From: Octopus sinensis
Taxonomy: Eukaryota
NCBI RefSeq assembly: GCF_006345805.1
Contig: NW_021834845.1
Location: 1-45,776 of the forward strand
Reading direction: 5' to 3'
Length of the DNA: 45,776 bases
Under the pieces are notes generated by a model, which saw only the letters and a list, made by a program, of their open reading frames with translations, searched no databases and was not told the DNA's origin. Of this stretch, positions 1 to 12,479 are shown piece by piece (positions within the stretch are counted from its first letter, which is position 1; every line of letters starts with the position of its first letter). The position numbers and the translations under genes were made by a program.

Positions 1-1090
1 GCGTTGCTAACGTTTCTGCCAGGCAAAAGTGATACAGAATGTCATTTAGCGGAATACGAGAACCGGTTCCTTGTCTCAGTAGTGTGTGTGGAAAGAAAGA
101 TGAATGGAGGAGGGATGGGGGAAATGATGTGGTCAATCGGTGTACTATGAATAGCAGCCGATGAGGGCGTTCGCAAGAGGTCACCCGATGTGATTACTCG
201 ATATGCTAGAAATAGCAGCCAACGAAGATGGATGAATGTGAGGGGCTTCTTCAGTTTCCGTCAACCAAATCCACCGCAGATTTTTGGTCAGCCGGGACTA
301 TAGAAGAGACTTGCCCAAGGTGCCATGTAGTGAGACTGAACCCGAGACCATATGGGTGAGAAGCAAACTTCTTATCACACAGCCACTCCTGCGCCTGTAG
401 TTGTGTAACAAAATAAAAGTCCGCGAGATATGGTGCACCAAACAGTACAGCCATCTTTGGTCTTGGGCGTACGTTTAAGACACCTCTGTCTGTTGTCCTT
501 TTTAGCGACAGTACTCTCTGGTACTGGACGCAAATACGCGCGCGCACACACACACGTACAGAAATATACCCATAACAGGCGCAGGCGTGGTTGTGCGGTA
601 AGAAGCTGGTTGAGGGTTCAATCCCCACAGCGTGGGCACCTTGGGCAGGGTTTTTTCTACTACAGCTTCGGGATGACCAAAGCTTAAGAGGGGATTTGGT
701 AGACGGAAACTGAAAAGAAGCCCGATGTATGTGGTGGGTATTTCTCCCTTGATAAGTGGTGTTCATTTTTAAGTCCTCCATGACCTAGCGGTCGGCAAAA
801 AGAGAGACTGATACAATAAGTACCCGGCCTCAAAAAATATGTACTGGGGTTGAGTCATTCTTCAAGGCTGTGCCCCAGCATGACCGCAGTCTAATAACTG
901 AAACAGATAAAAGGTAAGAGAAAAAGATACACATAGAGAATGAGAGAGGGAGGGAGAGAGAGAGAGAAATTACGATTTATTAGTTGAATACGATTGATAT
1001 AAATACTTTCGCTTTCCTCGTATATGTAGAGACATGCTTTCACACAAAAACAATGAGAGAGAGGAGGAAGGAGAGAACGAGTGAACCATT

Positions 1091-1345
1091 AAGACGTCTG
1101 ATGTCAAACAAGTCAGCGTCGAAGCAGTAACGCCAAAGCAGCTGTGCCGAGACGTCACATTACCCCTGATACTAATGCTAATATCTGTGTCTTTGAAGGA
1201 AGGCGTCTGACAACATAAATGAAAACAGTGGATGAACAGGGTGGGAGCTAGAAACAAAGAATGTTTCTGATGTCTCTCCGTTGTCTTTCTGCTTGAAGCT
1301 GGATATGCAATAAAAGGTTGACAAATTCTCTAGCACCTGTGACAT
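1091..1345 (-). mobile_element. Decayed RTE-clade LINE reverse transcriptase fragment
   Basis: Frameshifted translation DNGETSETF..LAPTLF..MLSDAF..ISIR..RYCFDADLFDIRRL resembles the RTE/BovB RT region. Confidence 0.6.
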
Positions 1346-1387
1346 TTTCAACCAGTCGATTAATACAAAGACAACCGAAATAATGCA

Positions 1388-1629
1388 TACTCTCTTTACT
1401 CTTTTACTTGTTTCAGTCATTTGACTACGGCCATGCTGGAGCACCGCCTTTAGTCGCCAAATCGACCCCGGGACTTATTCTTTGTAAACCCAGTACTTAT
1501 TCTATCGGTCTCTTTTGCCAAACTGCTTAGTGACGCGGGGACGTAAAACACCAGCATCGGTTGTCAGCAATGCTAGGGGGACAAACACAGACACACATAC
1601 ATATACACACACATACATACATACATACA

Positions 1630-1667
<38 letters not shown>

Positions 1668-1891
1668 TATATATATTATATAGATAATATATTATATATA
1701 TATATATATATATATACATATATACGACAGGCTTCTTCCGTTTCCGTCTACTAAATCCATTCACAAAGGCATTGGTCGGCCCGAGGCTATAGCAAGAAGA
1801 CACTTGCCCAAGATGATCCACGCAGTGGGGGACTGAACCCGGACCATGTGGTTGGTAAGCAAGCTACTTACCACACAGCCACTCCTGTGCC
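1388..1891 (-). mobile_element. tRNA-derived SINE, family A (near full length)
   Basis: tRNA-like head, ccttgggcaagtgtctt core, internal (TA/TG)n, (AAAGAGT)n tail. Partial copies also at 243-395(-), 578-926(+), 7615-7970(-), 12100-12460, 17070-17240(+), 29510-29657(-), 31845-32035(+), 35600-35685(+), 45596-45752(-). Confidence 0.85.
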
Positions 1892-1934
1892 TATCAGCTG
1901 CATGAATCTTGCATCAATCAGCTCAATGAAAAAG

Positions 1935-2280
1935 TATGCGCTGAAACCAACATCTTCTTCGTCAACAGACAACAAGCGAATACTGTGGGACAAATCCACT
2001 TAACTAGGAAGCATACTTTCCCGAACTGTCGTCATTGACAACAAAATGAATACCAAATTCTTCAAGGCCAGTGTCACTTTCAGCAGACTCCACAAGAATG
2101 TATGAAACAATGAAACAATAGAGGCATCTCTCAAGAGACAAAGGGCATGGTTCGTAGGACCGGATATCTCACTACACTGTTTCTATGGCTGTGAAGTATG
2201 AACTAAGAATGGGATGCAATGAAGCTGAATTACTTTCATAGTATCCAACTTAGAAAAATTCTTGACATTCAATGGCAAAC
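1935..2280 (+). mobile_element. Decayed RTE-clade LINE fragment (post-RT region)
   Basis: LGSILSRTVVIDNKMNTKFFKASVTFSRLHKNV*..RGISQETK..FYGCEV, with stops and frameshifts. Confidence 0.7.
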
Positions 2281-2993
2281 TTTCAGTAGCCAACAAGCGA
2301 ATGCAACTACGACCAAATAAATAGTGTAAACTACATTCCTATTCTTTCTTCATTGATTTTCATTGATACCAGTCCAAACACGCCTAACATCATCTGCTGC
2401 ACCTGACGACTTACATTGATCCATCAACATTACATTCCGCTACAAATATCCATCGCTTTCTACAAAGCTAATTTTATTATTCATAAAGGCCTTTCATTAC
2501 CCAACATACTGAAACAAAGGAAGGCAGAAGGGGTGTATTCAAACAAAACAAAGAAAAGGCGATTTTTGAAAGATAATTGGGTCAGTTAAAATCCGGAAAC
2601 CATGGAAAATGGTGACTTTACGTCAATAGCATTTAGTCGATGTGAGAGTTGAGTAGGTTCACTTCTCGTGTGGAGTGACGCCATTTACACTTTCACGCTC
2701 TTGTCGTCGTTTGTTCGTCTGAAAGTGGCTAAAAGCCAATGAAAATGTTTTAAATATTTAGTATTCATTCATAAAATTATACATTACACTTCCTAGCTTG
2801 CGTGGTTTCTGAGACACTGGAGCAGATACACAGGTACTCAAGCATGTAGGAGAAGGAAAAAAACTGAATGGAGAGTGAGGCAATCTTCTTTTTGGCAGTG
2901 GTGGATATGATGACGGTAATTTTACAGTTCGCTGCGCATTTAAACTTTTAAATAAATGCTGTTTGTATGAAGAGCACTAACTAAAGTTACAAT

Positions 2994-3203
2994 GGCGGCG
3001 AACTTGCAGAATCGTTAGCACGCAGGGCAAAATGCTCAACGGCATTTCGTCCGTCTTTACGTTCTGAGTTTAAATTCTGCATAGGTCGACATTGCCCTTC
3101 ATCCTTTCGGAGTCGATAAAATAAATACCAGCTAGTACTGGGGTCAATGTAATTGACTTACCCCTCCCAAAAAATTGAGGGCCTTGTGCCAAAAATGTGA
3201 AAC
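2994..3203 (+). mobile_element. tRNA-derived SINE, family B
   Basis: ggcggcgagctggcagaa-type head, gagttcaaattcc-like B-box, gcctttcatcctttcggggtcgataaa-like central domain. Confidence 0.8.
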
Positions 3204-3581
3204 CAGTACTAACATATGTAGTACGAAGAGCGACTATTTTCTGAACGTGTTCATGTCTATACCTGTCCAGCATTCCTACACAAGCGTGTCTCCTATTCCA
3301 GCTTTCTAAATCCTGTTTTCTGATTGGGTAAAGATAATCAAACTTTAAACTCTGCAGCATTTTTCTGGACTTTTTCTATAACAAGTGAATAGCAACATCG
3401 GATTCAGCGTGAAAATGTTTACATCGACATACCAAATCTGGGAATTTTCAGTTAATGTTAGAATTTCAAAAGGTGCGACCCAAACAGAAAAGATCCTTTA
3501 AGTTAGGTTGAACATATTCAGTACATAGACCTAACTAGAAATAAAGACATTCTGTACGTCTAGATTTCTGCTCACCTAGAT

Positions 3582-3989
3582 AAGTGTTCCCCGCCTCGTG
3601 ACTTTGTTTCCTCATAACTTTAAGAAAATCGGTATTTTTAATTAAATTTCGGCAAATACCTTTTAGATCGTGTAGATTGTAATTAAATCGGAATTTAATA
3701 TGAAAAAAAAAACTGGTCGGCGCACACACATACATACTCACAAACACACACACACACACATCACACACATTTTTCTTAAAATTGATGAGGAAACAAAGTT
3801 GACACGTGGAATTATCCAAAACTCTTCTCCCTCCTACTACCACCTTCGGGAAAAGTTTTCACAGCAACTTGTGATACAATCAAAATCACAACACCATCTA
3901 AAAGATAATTATAGAAAATTTCATTAAAAAATAGTTTTTTTTTCTGAAAATTACGAGGAAACAAAGTCGCGGGCGTGGATGGCACACTT
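3582..3989. mobile_element. Degenerate MITE with ~110-bp terminal inverted repeats
   Basis: aagtgttccccgcctcgtgactttgtttcctcataac... pairs with ...ttacgaggaaacaaagtcgcgggcgtggatggcacactt. Confidence 0.6.
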
Positions 3990-4282
3990 GTGTAGTTATG
4001 CCGGTATTCCCTTCTGTTCTTTATCAGAGATACACCTCCAGGTGAAACAAGGCCATGCTTAAGCCACTAGTGTTTACTTAATACATCCAACCTACATACA
4101 CGTTGGTAACATGTTTCATTTGTAAGATTTTATTGTACACAATGATAACATGAACTAGATATTATTGCACAATATTTATTACCACTACTGACAACATGTC
4201 CTTCACAGATTATTTTATTGCGGCTGTTTAACAAAAATGGCGTGATTTCAAGTGGTTTATTATTACCTATCACTTCGGTAGT

Positions 4283-4678
4283 GGCAATCTTTCGTCTCTA
4301 GTAGACCTTTCCGTCGATTTCCGTAAAAAATTTTTTTTTTTTTTACATATGGGCTTGCGGGAACTTTTGAAAGCGATTGTATGACGAGGGAAGTTCTTTT
4401 GAAGTTACCGTGCATGGGAGCATTGATGGACCATGTGTGTGGTGGTGTGTGTGTGTATGTGTGTTTTTGACAGACAGTATGTTGTGTAAGTGAAGTGCTT
4501 CTTTTATTGTGTGTGAAGAGACAGAGTAATGTGTGAAAGAAAGAGATAACTGAAATTTTTTATTCGGTGTATGTGTATATGTATGTATATTACTTCAAAA
4601 GTTCCCGCAAGCCCATATGTAAAAAAAAAAAATTTTACGGAAATCGACGGAAAGGTCTACTAGAGACGAAAGATCGCC
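4283..4678. mobile_element. MITE, Merlin-like, ~87-bp TIRs, 8-bp TSD
   Basis: TIR GGC(A/G)ATCTTTCGTCTCTAGTAGACC...; perfect TSD TCGGTAGT at 4275-4282 and 4679-4686. Confidence 0.85.
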
Positions 4679-4972
4679 TCGGTAGTTAACCACAGTATAC
4701 AACCCACTCTTAGTTCCTGCGATTTGTTTTGATAATGAATTTTCTATTTGTTCTATCAACTGAAACTACCCAGCCCTTTGAATCTCGGTAAAATTGGTCG
4801 AGTATTCCTCCAGACACTTGAAGTTTGTTTGTAATTCCCTGACAGAATCGGCGAGACGCTGTGTGACTCTTCCAATCATAAGTCCAACACACCCAGCGAG
4901 CACTTTCGCTCAGCTTCCGTGTCTAACGAATTGCAAACTCTCTCTCTTTCTCTGTCTCTCTCTGTCTCTCTG

Positions 4973-5042
<70 letters not shown>

Positions 5043-5822
5043 ATGAACAGTTAAACTTGTGTTGTACATTCAGTTAACCAAACGAAATACCAGTATTGGT
5101 CGGTATTTCTGTGAAAATCAGACACAGTAAAAATATAGTAGCTAATTGGTTTGTTTACTATAGGTCAGCGGGGGTACAAGGGGGATCGAGAAACTAAAAG
5201 AAAAAGAAAGGGAGAGAGGGAGAAGGGTGGGAGAGAAAAGGATGAGACAGAGGGAGAAGGGTAAGAGATAGAGATAGAGGGAACCGAGGCAGATGGAGAA
5301 TGAGAGAGAAGACAGCAGCAGATAGAGATGAGAAAAACACGGACACGGATAGAGAGAGATGGAGACAGAGACAGACAGACAGAAGAGAGACATAGAGGTT
5401 GATAGATGGGTAGAGAGAGAGAGGAAACAAAGGCAAAGAGAGGGGGAGTGTTATTTACGTTAGATGTTAGATATTTTAAATGATTTATACATCATTAATG
5501 GACAAAATGCGGGCGACGGCATTTTCTAAATGGCACACCTAAAAAATACTCCGAAATTTTTATTAGTGGCCCGTTGGATGATGAGTCATGGTTCGTAGAG
5601 CCCCTTCTCGAAAAATGTTGTCCATCCCTGGCCTAGAAAGAGGAAGAAGGACATCATTTGCGACCTTCCAGAAGGATAGAGCAAAGGGACGAAGAAATCC
5701 CAATTTGTGGGTTGATGCAACAAGAAGCAATGTCTTATCCACAAATCTTGTTTTATCGTTTTGCAACAGAATGGATTAGTCTCAGATCGTGACGTTAAAA
5801 TCGGGCGGGGTAGTGTTTTATA

Positions 5823-6217
5823 TCTTTATATATAAAAGTGAAGTTGCGTGTCTGTCTCCTACGATTTAGATTCCTAACTACTCCCACATTTTGCGGTGCA
5901 GTTTAACCAAAACCGGGTATCTTATAGTCGTGATTCATATCGATCCCTTCTGGGTATTAGCGCGCGTCTACGATGAGTCTACGATTAAAAAAAAGATTTC
6001 CATAATTTTTTCCCATTTTTAATGCATTTTTTTGCTATTATATAAGGGAAGTAACTCTCTAAAAATGTATTATTAAATCTCAGAACGTAAAATGCTACAG
6101 TAACACCCCCCCTTTGTGGTTAGCCATATTGAGATGGCTATTATACTTTACATCTCTAAAAATGCTTATATAGTTATTTCTCTTACAAACCCGAGCAACG
6201 CCGGGCGATACTGCTAG
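5823..6217 (+). mobile_element. Non-autonomous Helitron
   Basis: 5' A|TC start, subterminal hairpin cccg-agcaacgc-cggg (6190-6205), 3' CTAG|T end. Confidence 0.8.
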
Positions 6218-6322
6218 TATAATATAATATAATATAATATAATATAATATAATATAAGGAAAATGGAGAGTTTGAACACAGAAAAAAAATCAATTTATTT
6301 ATATAATAGTCAATTTCATATA

Positions 6323-6411
6323 GCCTACGTACGTTTCAATTTCTTACTTTCATTCATATTTTGCAATTAAGGTTGCATTATGCATTTAAAAGCTAAAAAT
6401 CTCTTCAGGGC
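6323..6411 (-). ncRNA. Penelope-type type I hammerhead ribozyme motif
   Basis: GCC-CTGAAGA-[long stem II]-GAAA-CGTACG-TA-GGC: intact core and palindromic stem III. Confidence 0.6.
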
Positions 6412-6549
6412 AAAAATTGACAAATGGATGGAGAGTTGCTTACAGACGGAGATAGCAGCATGCTTTTGTGTGTTTGTGTTTGCCAGCACGTGTGCCTTTT
6501 GGATTTCTTTCTTAAAATAGCTTCAGGTTAAACTACGACCACAGTGAAC

Positions 6550-6967
6550 AATGGCTAGTTATAATTCTGAGGAACTAGGTCATACTACCATTCTCCTTTG
6601 ATCGATTTTATAAGGGTTGGCTACCACTCCTATCTCTACTCACTTGCGAAAAGAATATAAGTAAAATATATTTTAATCAATATATCTATTTAACTTCTAC
6701 TAATTTAGTTATGAGAATGTCAATGTTCATTTAATTTTATTTATTTGAATTTATTAAACATATTTATTAAACATAGGCGCAGGAGCGGCTGTGTGGTAAG
6801 TAGTTTGCTTACCAACCACATGGTTCCGGGTTCAGTCCCACTGCATGGCACCTTGGGTTTTAGTGTCTTCTACTATAGCCTCGGGCCGACCAAAGCCTTG
6901 TGAGTGGATTTGGTAGACGGAAACTGAAAGAAGCCCGTCGTATATATGTATATATATATATATATAT

Positions 6968-7004
<37 letters not shown>

Positions 7005-7596
7005 TGTTTGTCCCCTAACATTGCTTGACAACCGATGTTGATGTGTTTATGTCCCCGTTACTCAGCGGTTCGGCAAAAAACACCGATAGAATAAGTACTG
7101 GGCTTACAAAAGAATAAGTCCCGGAGTCGAGTTGCTCGATTAAAGGCGGTGCTCCAGCATGGCCGCAGTCAAATGACTGAAACATGTAAAAGAGTAAAAG
7201 AGAATATATTTGATCCAATGTGTACAACAAAAAACCGCTTTCTCTTTTAGTGTTGATTAATTTGTGCTTGAATATAATGATCTGGAAATTTTCCTCAACG
7301 CACAGATCACACCTTTTGCTTCCAATGCTATAAGATTTTGCCCTGCTAATTACTCCCCGCTTCAGTGTATATTCCTTATTTTTGTCCTTAATTTCCCGAA
7401 TTAATCTACTTAAACTAGTGCTAGCTTGTTCGTGCTGATAAGGTTGGTAACATTTACAATGTAAACATCAACCACTACCACAAATTACTTAAAAATGAAA
7501 TAATTAAAAAACTATAAGATAACGAATAGCAATACATTCACCGATCTAAGGAGAATGGTAGTATGACCTAGTTCCTCAGAACTACAACTGGCCATT
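6550..7596. mobile_element. Non-autonomous DNA transposon with ~55-bp TIRs, interrupted by a SINE
   Basis: aatggctagttataattctgaggaactaggtcatactaccattctcc at the left, near-exact reverse complement at 7542-7596. Confidence 0.75.
6776..7202 (+). mobile_element. tRNA-derived SINE, family A
   Basis: Near-identical to the copies at 9422 and 14753. Confidence 0.85.
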
Positions 7597-8365
7597 TGCG
7601 TTGGATCATTTTATTTGTTTCAGTCAATAGACCGCGGCCAGGCTGGGGCACTGCCTTCAAGAATTTTTAGTCGAATGAATTGACCCAGTACTTATTTTTC
7701 TTTAAGCCGGAAACTTATTCTTGCCGAACTGCCAAGTTATCGGTACGTAAACACACCAACACCCGTTGTCAAGCGGTGGTGAGGGAACAGAGACAAAAAG
7801 ACACACAGATGTATGTATACGACGGGTTTCTTTCAGTTTCCGTCTACTAAACATATTCACAAGGCTTTGGTCGGCCCAAGGCTATAGTAGAAGACATTTG
7901 CCAAGGTGCTACGCAGTGGGACTGAACCCGGAACCACGTGGTTGGGAAGCAAGCTTCTTATCACACAGCTACGTTCTATGTATCGTTTTCATGTTATATA
8001 AGCCATCGAAATACTTTACTTTCACTTTTCCAGGACACTAAACTGCATGTTAACTTTCACGATAGCTATCAACTGACGTAACGTTTAGTGACCGTAACAC
8101 GAACCGTCAGTACACGGGAGCAGAGCTCTTCTAACACCTCCACTTGCGCCAGGTGTGAAGGAGTTCAGATTTTTTTCATTTACGTCATATCCGTTAAGGT
8201 GGGAAGGGGACTCGCACTCCTCATGTCCCACTTGCGTGTCAACTTTACCAATCGGAGAATAAGGTATGTAAAGGTTATGGACAATAACTCTTATCGCCTT
8301 CATATGGTATACAGAAAAGACAAAAATATTTACATAAATGCTCCTTTGTGTCCATGATTTCACTT

Positions 8366-9018
8366 CGGATGTTTTCGGTTTGAACGGCAGTTTTCAACAC
8401 GAGAAAATTGTAATTTGTAAGTTTAGCGTATTTTAATTTTTCGAATTTTAACCAATCAATGGCCTCTATTGAGCTAAAATCATTTGCTGCGTCTAAAACT
8501 GAGACAACATCCTGTCACTGTTATGTTTACGTACGGAAAGCGTGTGTATAAAATTATAGAATTATTTTGTTTGTTAATTGTTTAAATTATTTTCCATTCC
8601 TTTCGGGGTTTTTTTTCTTGAGCAATGGAAAATAGTTTAAACAATACACGTGTATCACAAAACAAAAACTCAAAACAAAAACAAAACGAATAATTTTAGA
8701 CACACGCGTAACAATTAAATTAATATAACAATTAAGAAAAAAAAAACGAGAGGCTAAAATTTAGGGTTAGGGTTAGGGTCAGTGACAGGATGTTGTCTCA
8801 GTTTTAGACGCAGCAAATGATTTTAGCTCAATAGAGGCCATTGATTGGTTAAAATTTGAAAAATTAAACTACGTTAAACTTACAAATTACAATTTTCTCA
8901 AGAAAGCCAAGAGAAAAAAATGTTTTATTTTGACACATTCTACGAGTATACGAAGTTTAAGAGTGTTTAGTTAACTAGAAATTGTGTTGAAAACTGCCGT
9001 TCAAAAGGAAAAGATCCG
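8366..9018. mobile_element. Foldback MITE with ~155-bp TIRs and internal (TTAGGG)3
   Basis: 8366-8520 pairs with 8780-9018 (left arm lacks ~85 bp); TT dinucleotide on both flanks. Confidence 0.8.
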
Positions 9019-9025
9019 TTTTCTG

Positions 9026-9182
9026 CACAAGCGTAGCTGGTGGAGGAGGGTCCGCCCAGGGCGGCACTTTTAATGGGGCACCATTTTGGGGTCGGCTGTA
9101 AGCAATATGTGTTTTATGTGGGGTTTGGGGGCGACAAACGGAAGGGCCACCCTGGGCGGCACACACTCTAGCTACACTAGTG
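9026..9182. mobile_element. hAT-type MITE with 8-bp TSD
   Basis: TIRs cacaagcgtagct / agctacactagtg; perfect TSD GTTTTCTG at 9018-9025 and 9183-9190. Confidence 0.75.
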
Positions 9183-9338
9183 GTTTTCTGTTAGTTTCAC
9201 AGATTTTGAAATTCTGAAATGAAGTCAAATTTTCAAATTTGGTATAGTGATGTACTTTTTCACGGTGAAACTGACGCTATAGTAGAAGACACTAACCCAA
9301 AGTACCACACAGTGGTATTGAACCCAGAACCACGCGAA

Positions 9339-9388
<50 letters not shown>

Positions 9389-9421
9389 GGTCTTCAGTAA
9401 GTATTTGATTAAAAATAAATA

Positions 9422-9797
9422 GGCGTAGGAGTGGCTGTGTGGTAAGTAGCTTGCTTACCAACCACATGGTTCCGGGTTCAGTCCCATTGTGTGGCACCTT
9501 GGGCAAGTGTCTTCTACTGTAGACTCGTGTGAGTGGATTTGGTAAACGGAAACTGAAAGAAGCCCGTCGTATATATGTATGTATATATATGTGTGTCTGT
9601 GTTCGCCCCCCCCCCACATCGCTTGACAACTTATGCTGGTGTGTTTACGTCCTCGTAACTTAGCGGTTCGGCAAGAGTGACCGATAGAATAAGTACTAGG
9701 CTTACAAAGAATAAGGCCTGGGGTCGATTTGCTCGACTAAAGGCGGTGCTCCAGCATGGCCTCAGTCAAATGACTGAAACAAGTAAAAGAGTAAAGA
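9422..9797 (+). mobile_element. tRNA-derived SINE, family A
   Basis: Full head, core, internal microsatellite and tail. Confidence 0.85.
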
Positions 9798-9837
9798 GGA
9801 CAGACAGACAGACAGATAGACAGATAGATAGACAGAC

Positions 9838-9936
<99 letters not shown>
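9798..9936. repeat. (GACA)n(GATA)n microsatellite
   Basis: Read directly from the sequence. Confidence 0.95.
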
Positions 9937-10451
9937 AACTAGTGTCAGTTATTAAACCGAGAAGTTAAAGCGACGCAAAGACGTCACGGGGCACTTGTCA
10001 AAATTTGACAAAATCATTGTTACAATAGCTTTTTCATTTAAGTGTGAGTGTGTGTGTGTCTGTGTGTGGTAGTTGGATAGCGGGAACAAACACGAAGCAG
10101 AATTCAATACACAAGACTGTTCCGTTCTTTATTCCTTTATTCGGCTAAGTTACGTAAGTACACACACACACACACACGCACAGATCAACCTATTTTTGTG
10201 CATTTCTCTATACAAATACACGAATATGTGTACTAACCGGTGTCCGTCTGTCTCTCTTTCTCCCCCCACCATCTCGCTAGTCTCTTCCTCTATCTCTCTA
10301 TCTTTCTCCATATATGTATGTGTATGTGTGTGTGTATGTGTGTGTATGAGTATAGATTGACAGATAGACGTGTATTTACGCATACGCATTTATACATACG
10401 TATACTGGACTATATATACCGTGTGTGTGTGTGCGTATATACCCTTTTACT

Positions 10452-10509
<58 letters not shown>

Positions 10510-11463
10510 AGAGAGAGAGAAAGCGAAAGGAGATGTGCAACATATACATACTCTCTCTTTCTCTCCTTCTTTCTCTCTCTCTATCTTCCCTCACGCTTAT
10601 GTAAACTTCCGTTTCTAATAACCAACCTAGAAGAAAACATTAATCAACTCGCTTAACATCAAATGGTGATTGTTCAAGTCCACTGGTTATTAACAGTAAG
10701 TCTATGCCTGTCCTATACTTTTTTTTTATATTACTATCCACTTACATGTTTGGTTATGTATTTAATTAGCTATGTAGTAATCTAACTTATAGAATATGTC
10801 TAACTTTCACTTGTCTTATCTAGAAATAGATGTAATAATTAATAACGATACTATTCATAATAAGGCGGTATATTGGCTAAATCGGTATCATGATAGACAG
10901 AATCACTTGTCGAATGGGTATGATGCGTACTTTTAGCTTCCGAGGTCAATCTCGCAGAGGTCAACTTTGCCTTCCATCGTTCTGGGGTCTATAAAATACA
11001 GTACCCTGTTGAGTTTCTGGTGTCGATTTAATCGTTTGAGCATTCTGATATAATGCCGGCGGTATTTATTTTGCAATCCGTTATGTTTTGAGATCAAATT
11101 CAAATCCCGCTTTTGGGAGCAACGTTGCCTTCCGTCAGGGAGTGGGTACTGTAAACAGTGCAGGGGTAACTTGAAATCGGGTTCAGGCTACCCTCGGGGG
11201 TGGTAAACTGACATCGATTTCAGGGGGCTAATGCAGATTCGCACCTCACCTTGAAAAATGCATTTTTCTGAAAAAGTCAGATAATCGAGAGGTAACTTGA
11301 AAAGGGGTAGGGTTTTTTTGGTGGGGGGGGGGGTCAGGGTACAAAAGGAAGTCTTGCCCAGGAATGACAGGAAGTCGATAGGCAAAAATTGGTTGAGAAC
11401 GGCTGCTTAGAATGAATTAGGGAGTTATACTCACCCTTCAGATATGAATTCTTGTATCTGAAG

Positions 11464-11671
11464 GCACGCCGGGCGAAATGCGTAGCTGTATTTCGTCTGC
11501 CGTTACGTTCCGAGTTCAAATTCCGCCGAGGTCGACTTTGCCTTTCATCCTTTCAGGGTCGATTAAATAAGTACCAATTACGCACTGGGGTCGATATAAT
11601 TGACTTAATCCGTTTGTCTGTCCTTGTTTGTCCTCTCTGTGTTTAGCCCCTTGTGGGTAGTAAAGAAATAG
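11464..11671 (+). mobile_element. SINE family B (5'-truncated)
   Basis: Near-identical to the 18970 copy. Confidence 0.8.
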
Positions 11672-12396
11672 ATATGAATTCTTATTCTTTTGTTAGAAAT
11701 CAATCGTAGTAGTATAAATAGTGGTTGATGTTTTTCACTTCAAGTCAACTTCTCACGAACGGACAACTTTGATCAATAACTGTCCAACAGAGTTGACTTT
11801 TATTCAATGTATATCTGAGGACAATATATCGTGTGTTGTTTCCACTCTAAGCAAAGCGGGGGCATGTGATTTGCAAGCAGTTTAACTGCTCTTTCTAGCA
11901 AGTCCTATCGATGAGCAATTAGATCGGCAGACCTGCCTCTTGTCAGTTCCGAGTTTAAATTTTTGTCAAGTTCTAGGTTCGATTTAATATTTCAATGGAA
12001 TTCTAATTTATAAACCTTTACATTGATTTTTACTTAATTTTTTTTTGTCTTTGTTGTCATTAACAATCGAGCTAGTTTTCTAAAGTTTCCTTTGAAAAGA
12101 AGTTTGCTTCCCAACCACATGGTTCTGGGTTCAGTCCCACTGTTTGGCACCTTCGGCAAGTGTCTCGTACTACAAGCCTTGTGAGCGGATTTGGGAGACG
12201 GAAATTGAAAAAAGACGGTCGTAAAATAACTTTTACCTTTTATTTTTTTTTTGTTTCAATCATTAGACTGCGGCCATGCTGGAGCCTTCGAGAATTTTTA
12301 GTCGAATGAATCGTCCCCAATACTTATTTTAAACCCTGATATAATTTGCGCAAACCGCTAAATTACGCGGACGTAAACACAAGCGGTGGCGAGGGA

Positions 12397-12447
<51 letters not shown>

Positions 12448-12479
12448 ACACGTATGTACATCTATATGTAAGTGAAATC

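Noticed and set aside
6776-6850. tRNA genes at SINE heads
   Set aside because: A/B-box-like heads run directly into SINE bodies in many diverged copies and do not form a clean cloverleaf.
8034-8363. Overlapping 92-aa and 89-aa ORFs with a plus-strand donor (aag|gtatgt)
   Set aside because: No recognisable homology and no phase-consistent partner exons; at most a non-coding exon.
8761-8778. Telomere or chromosome-fusion scar
   Set aside because: Only three units, located inside a MITE.
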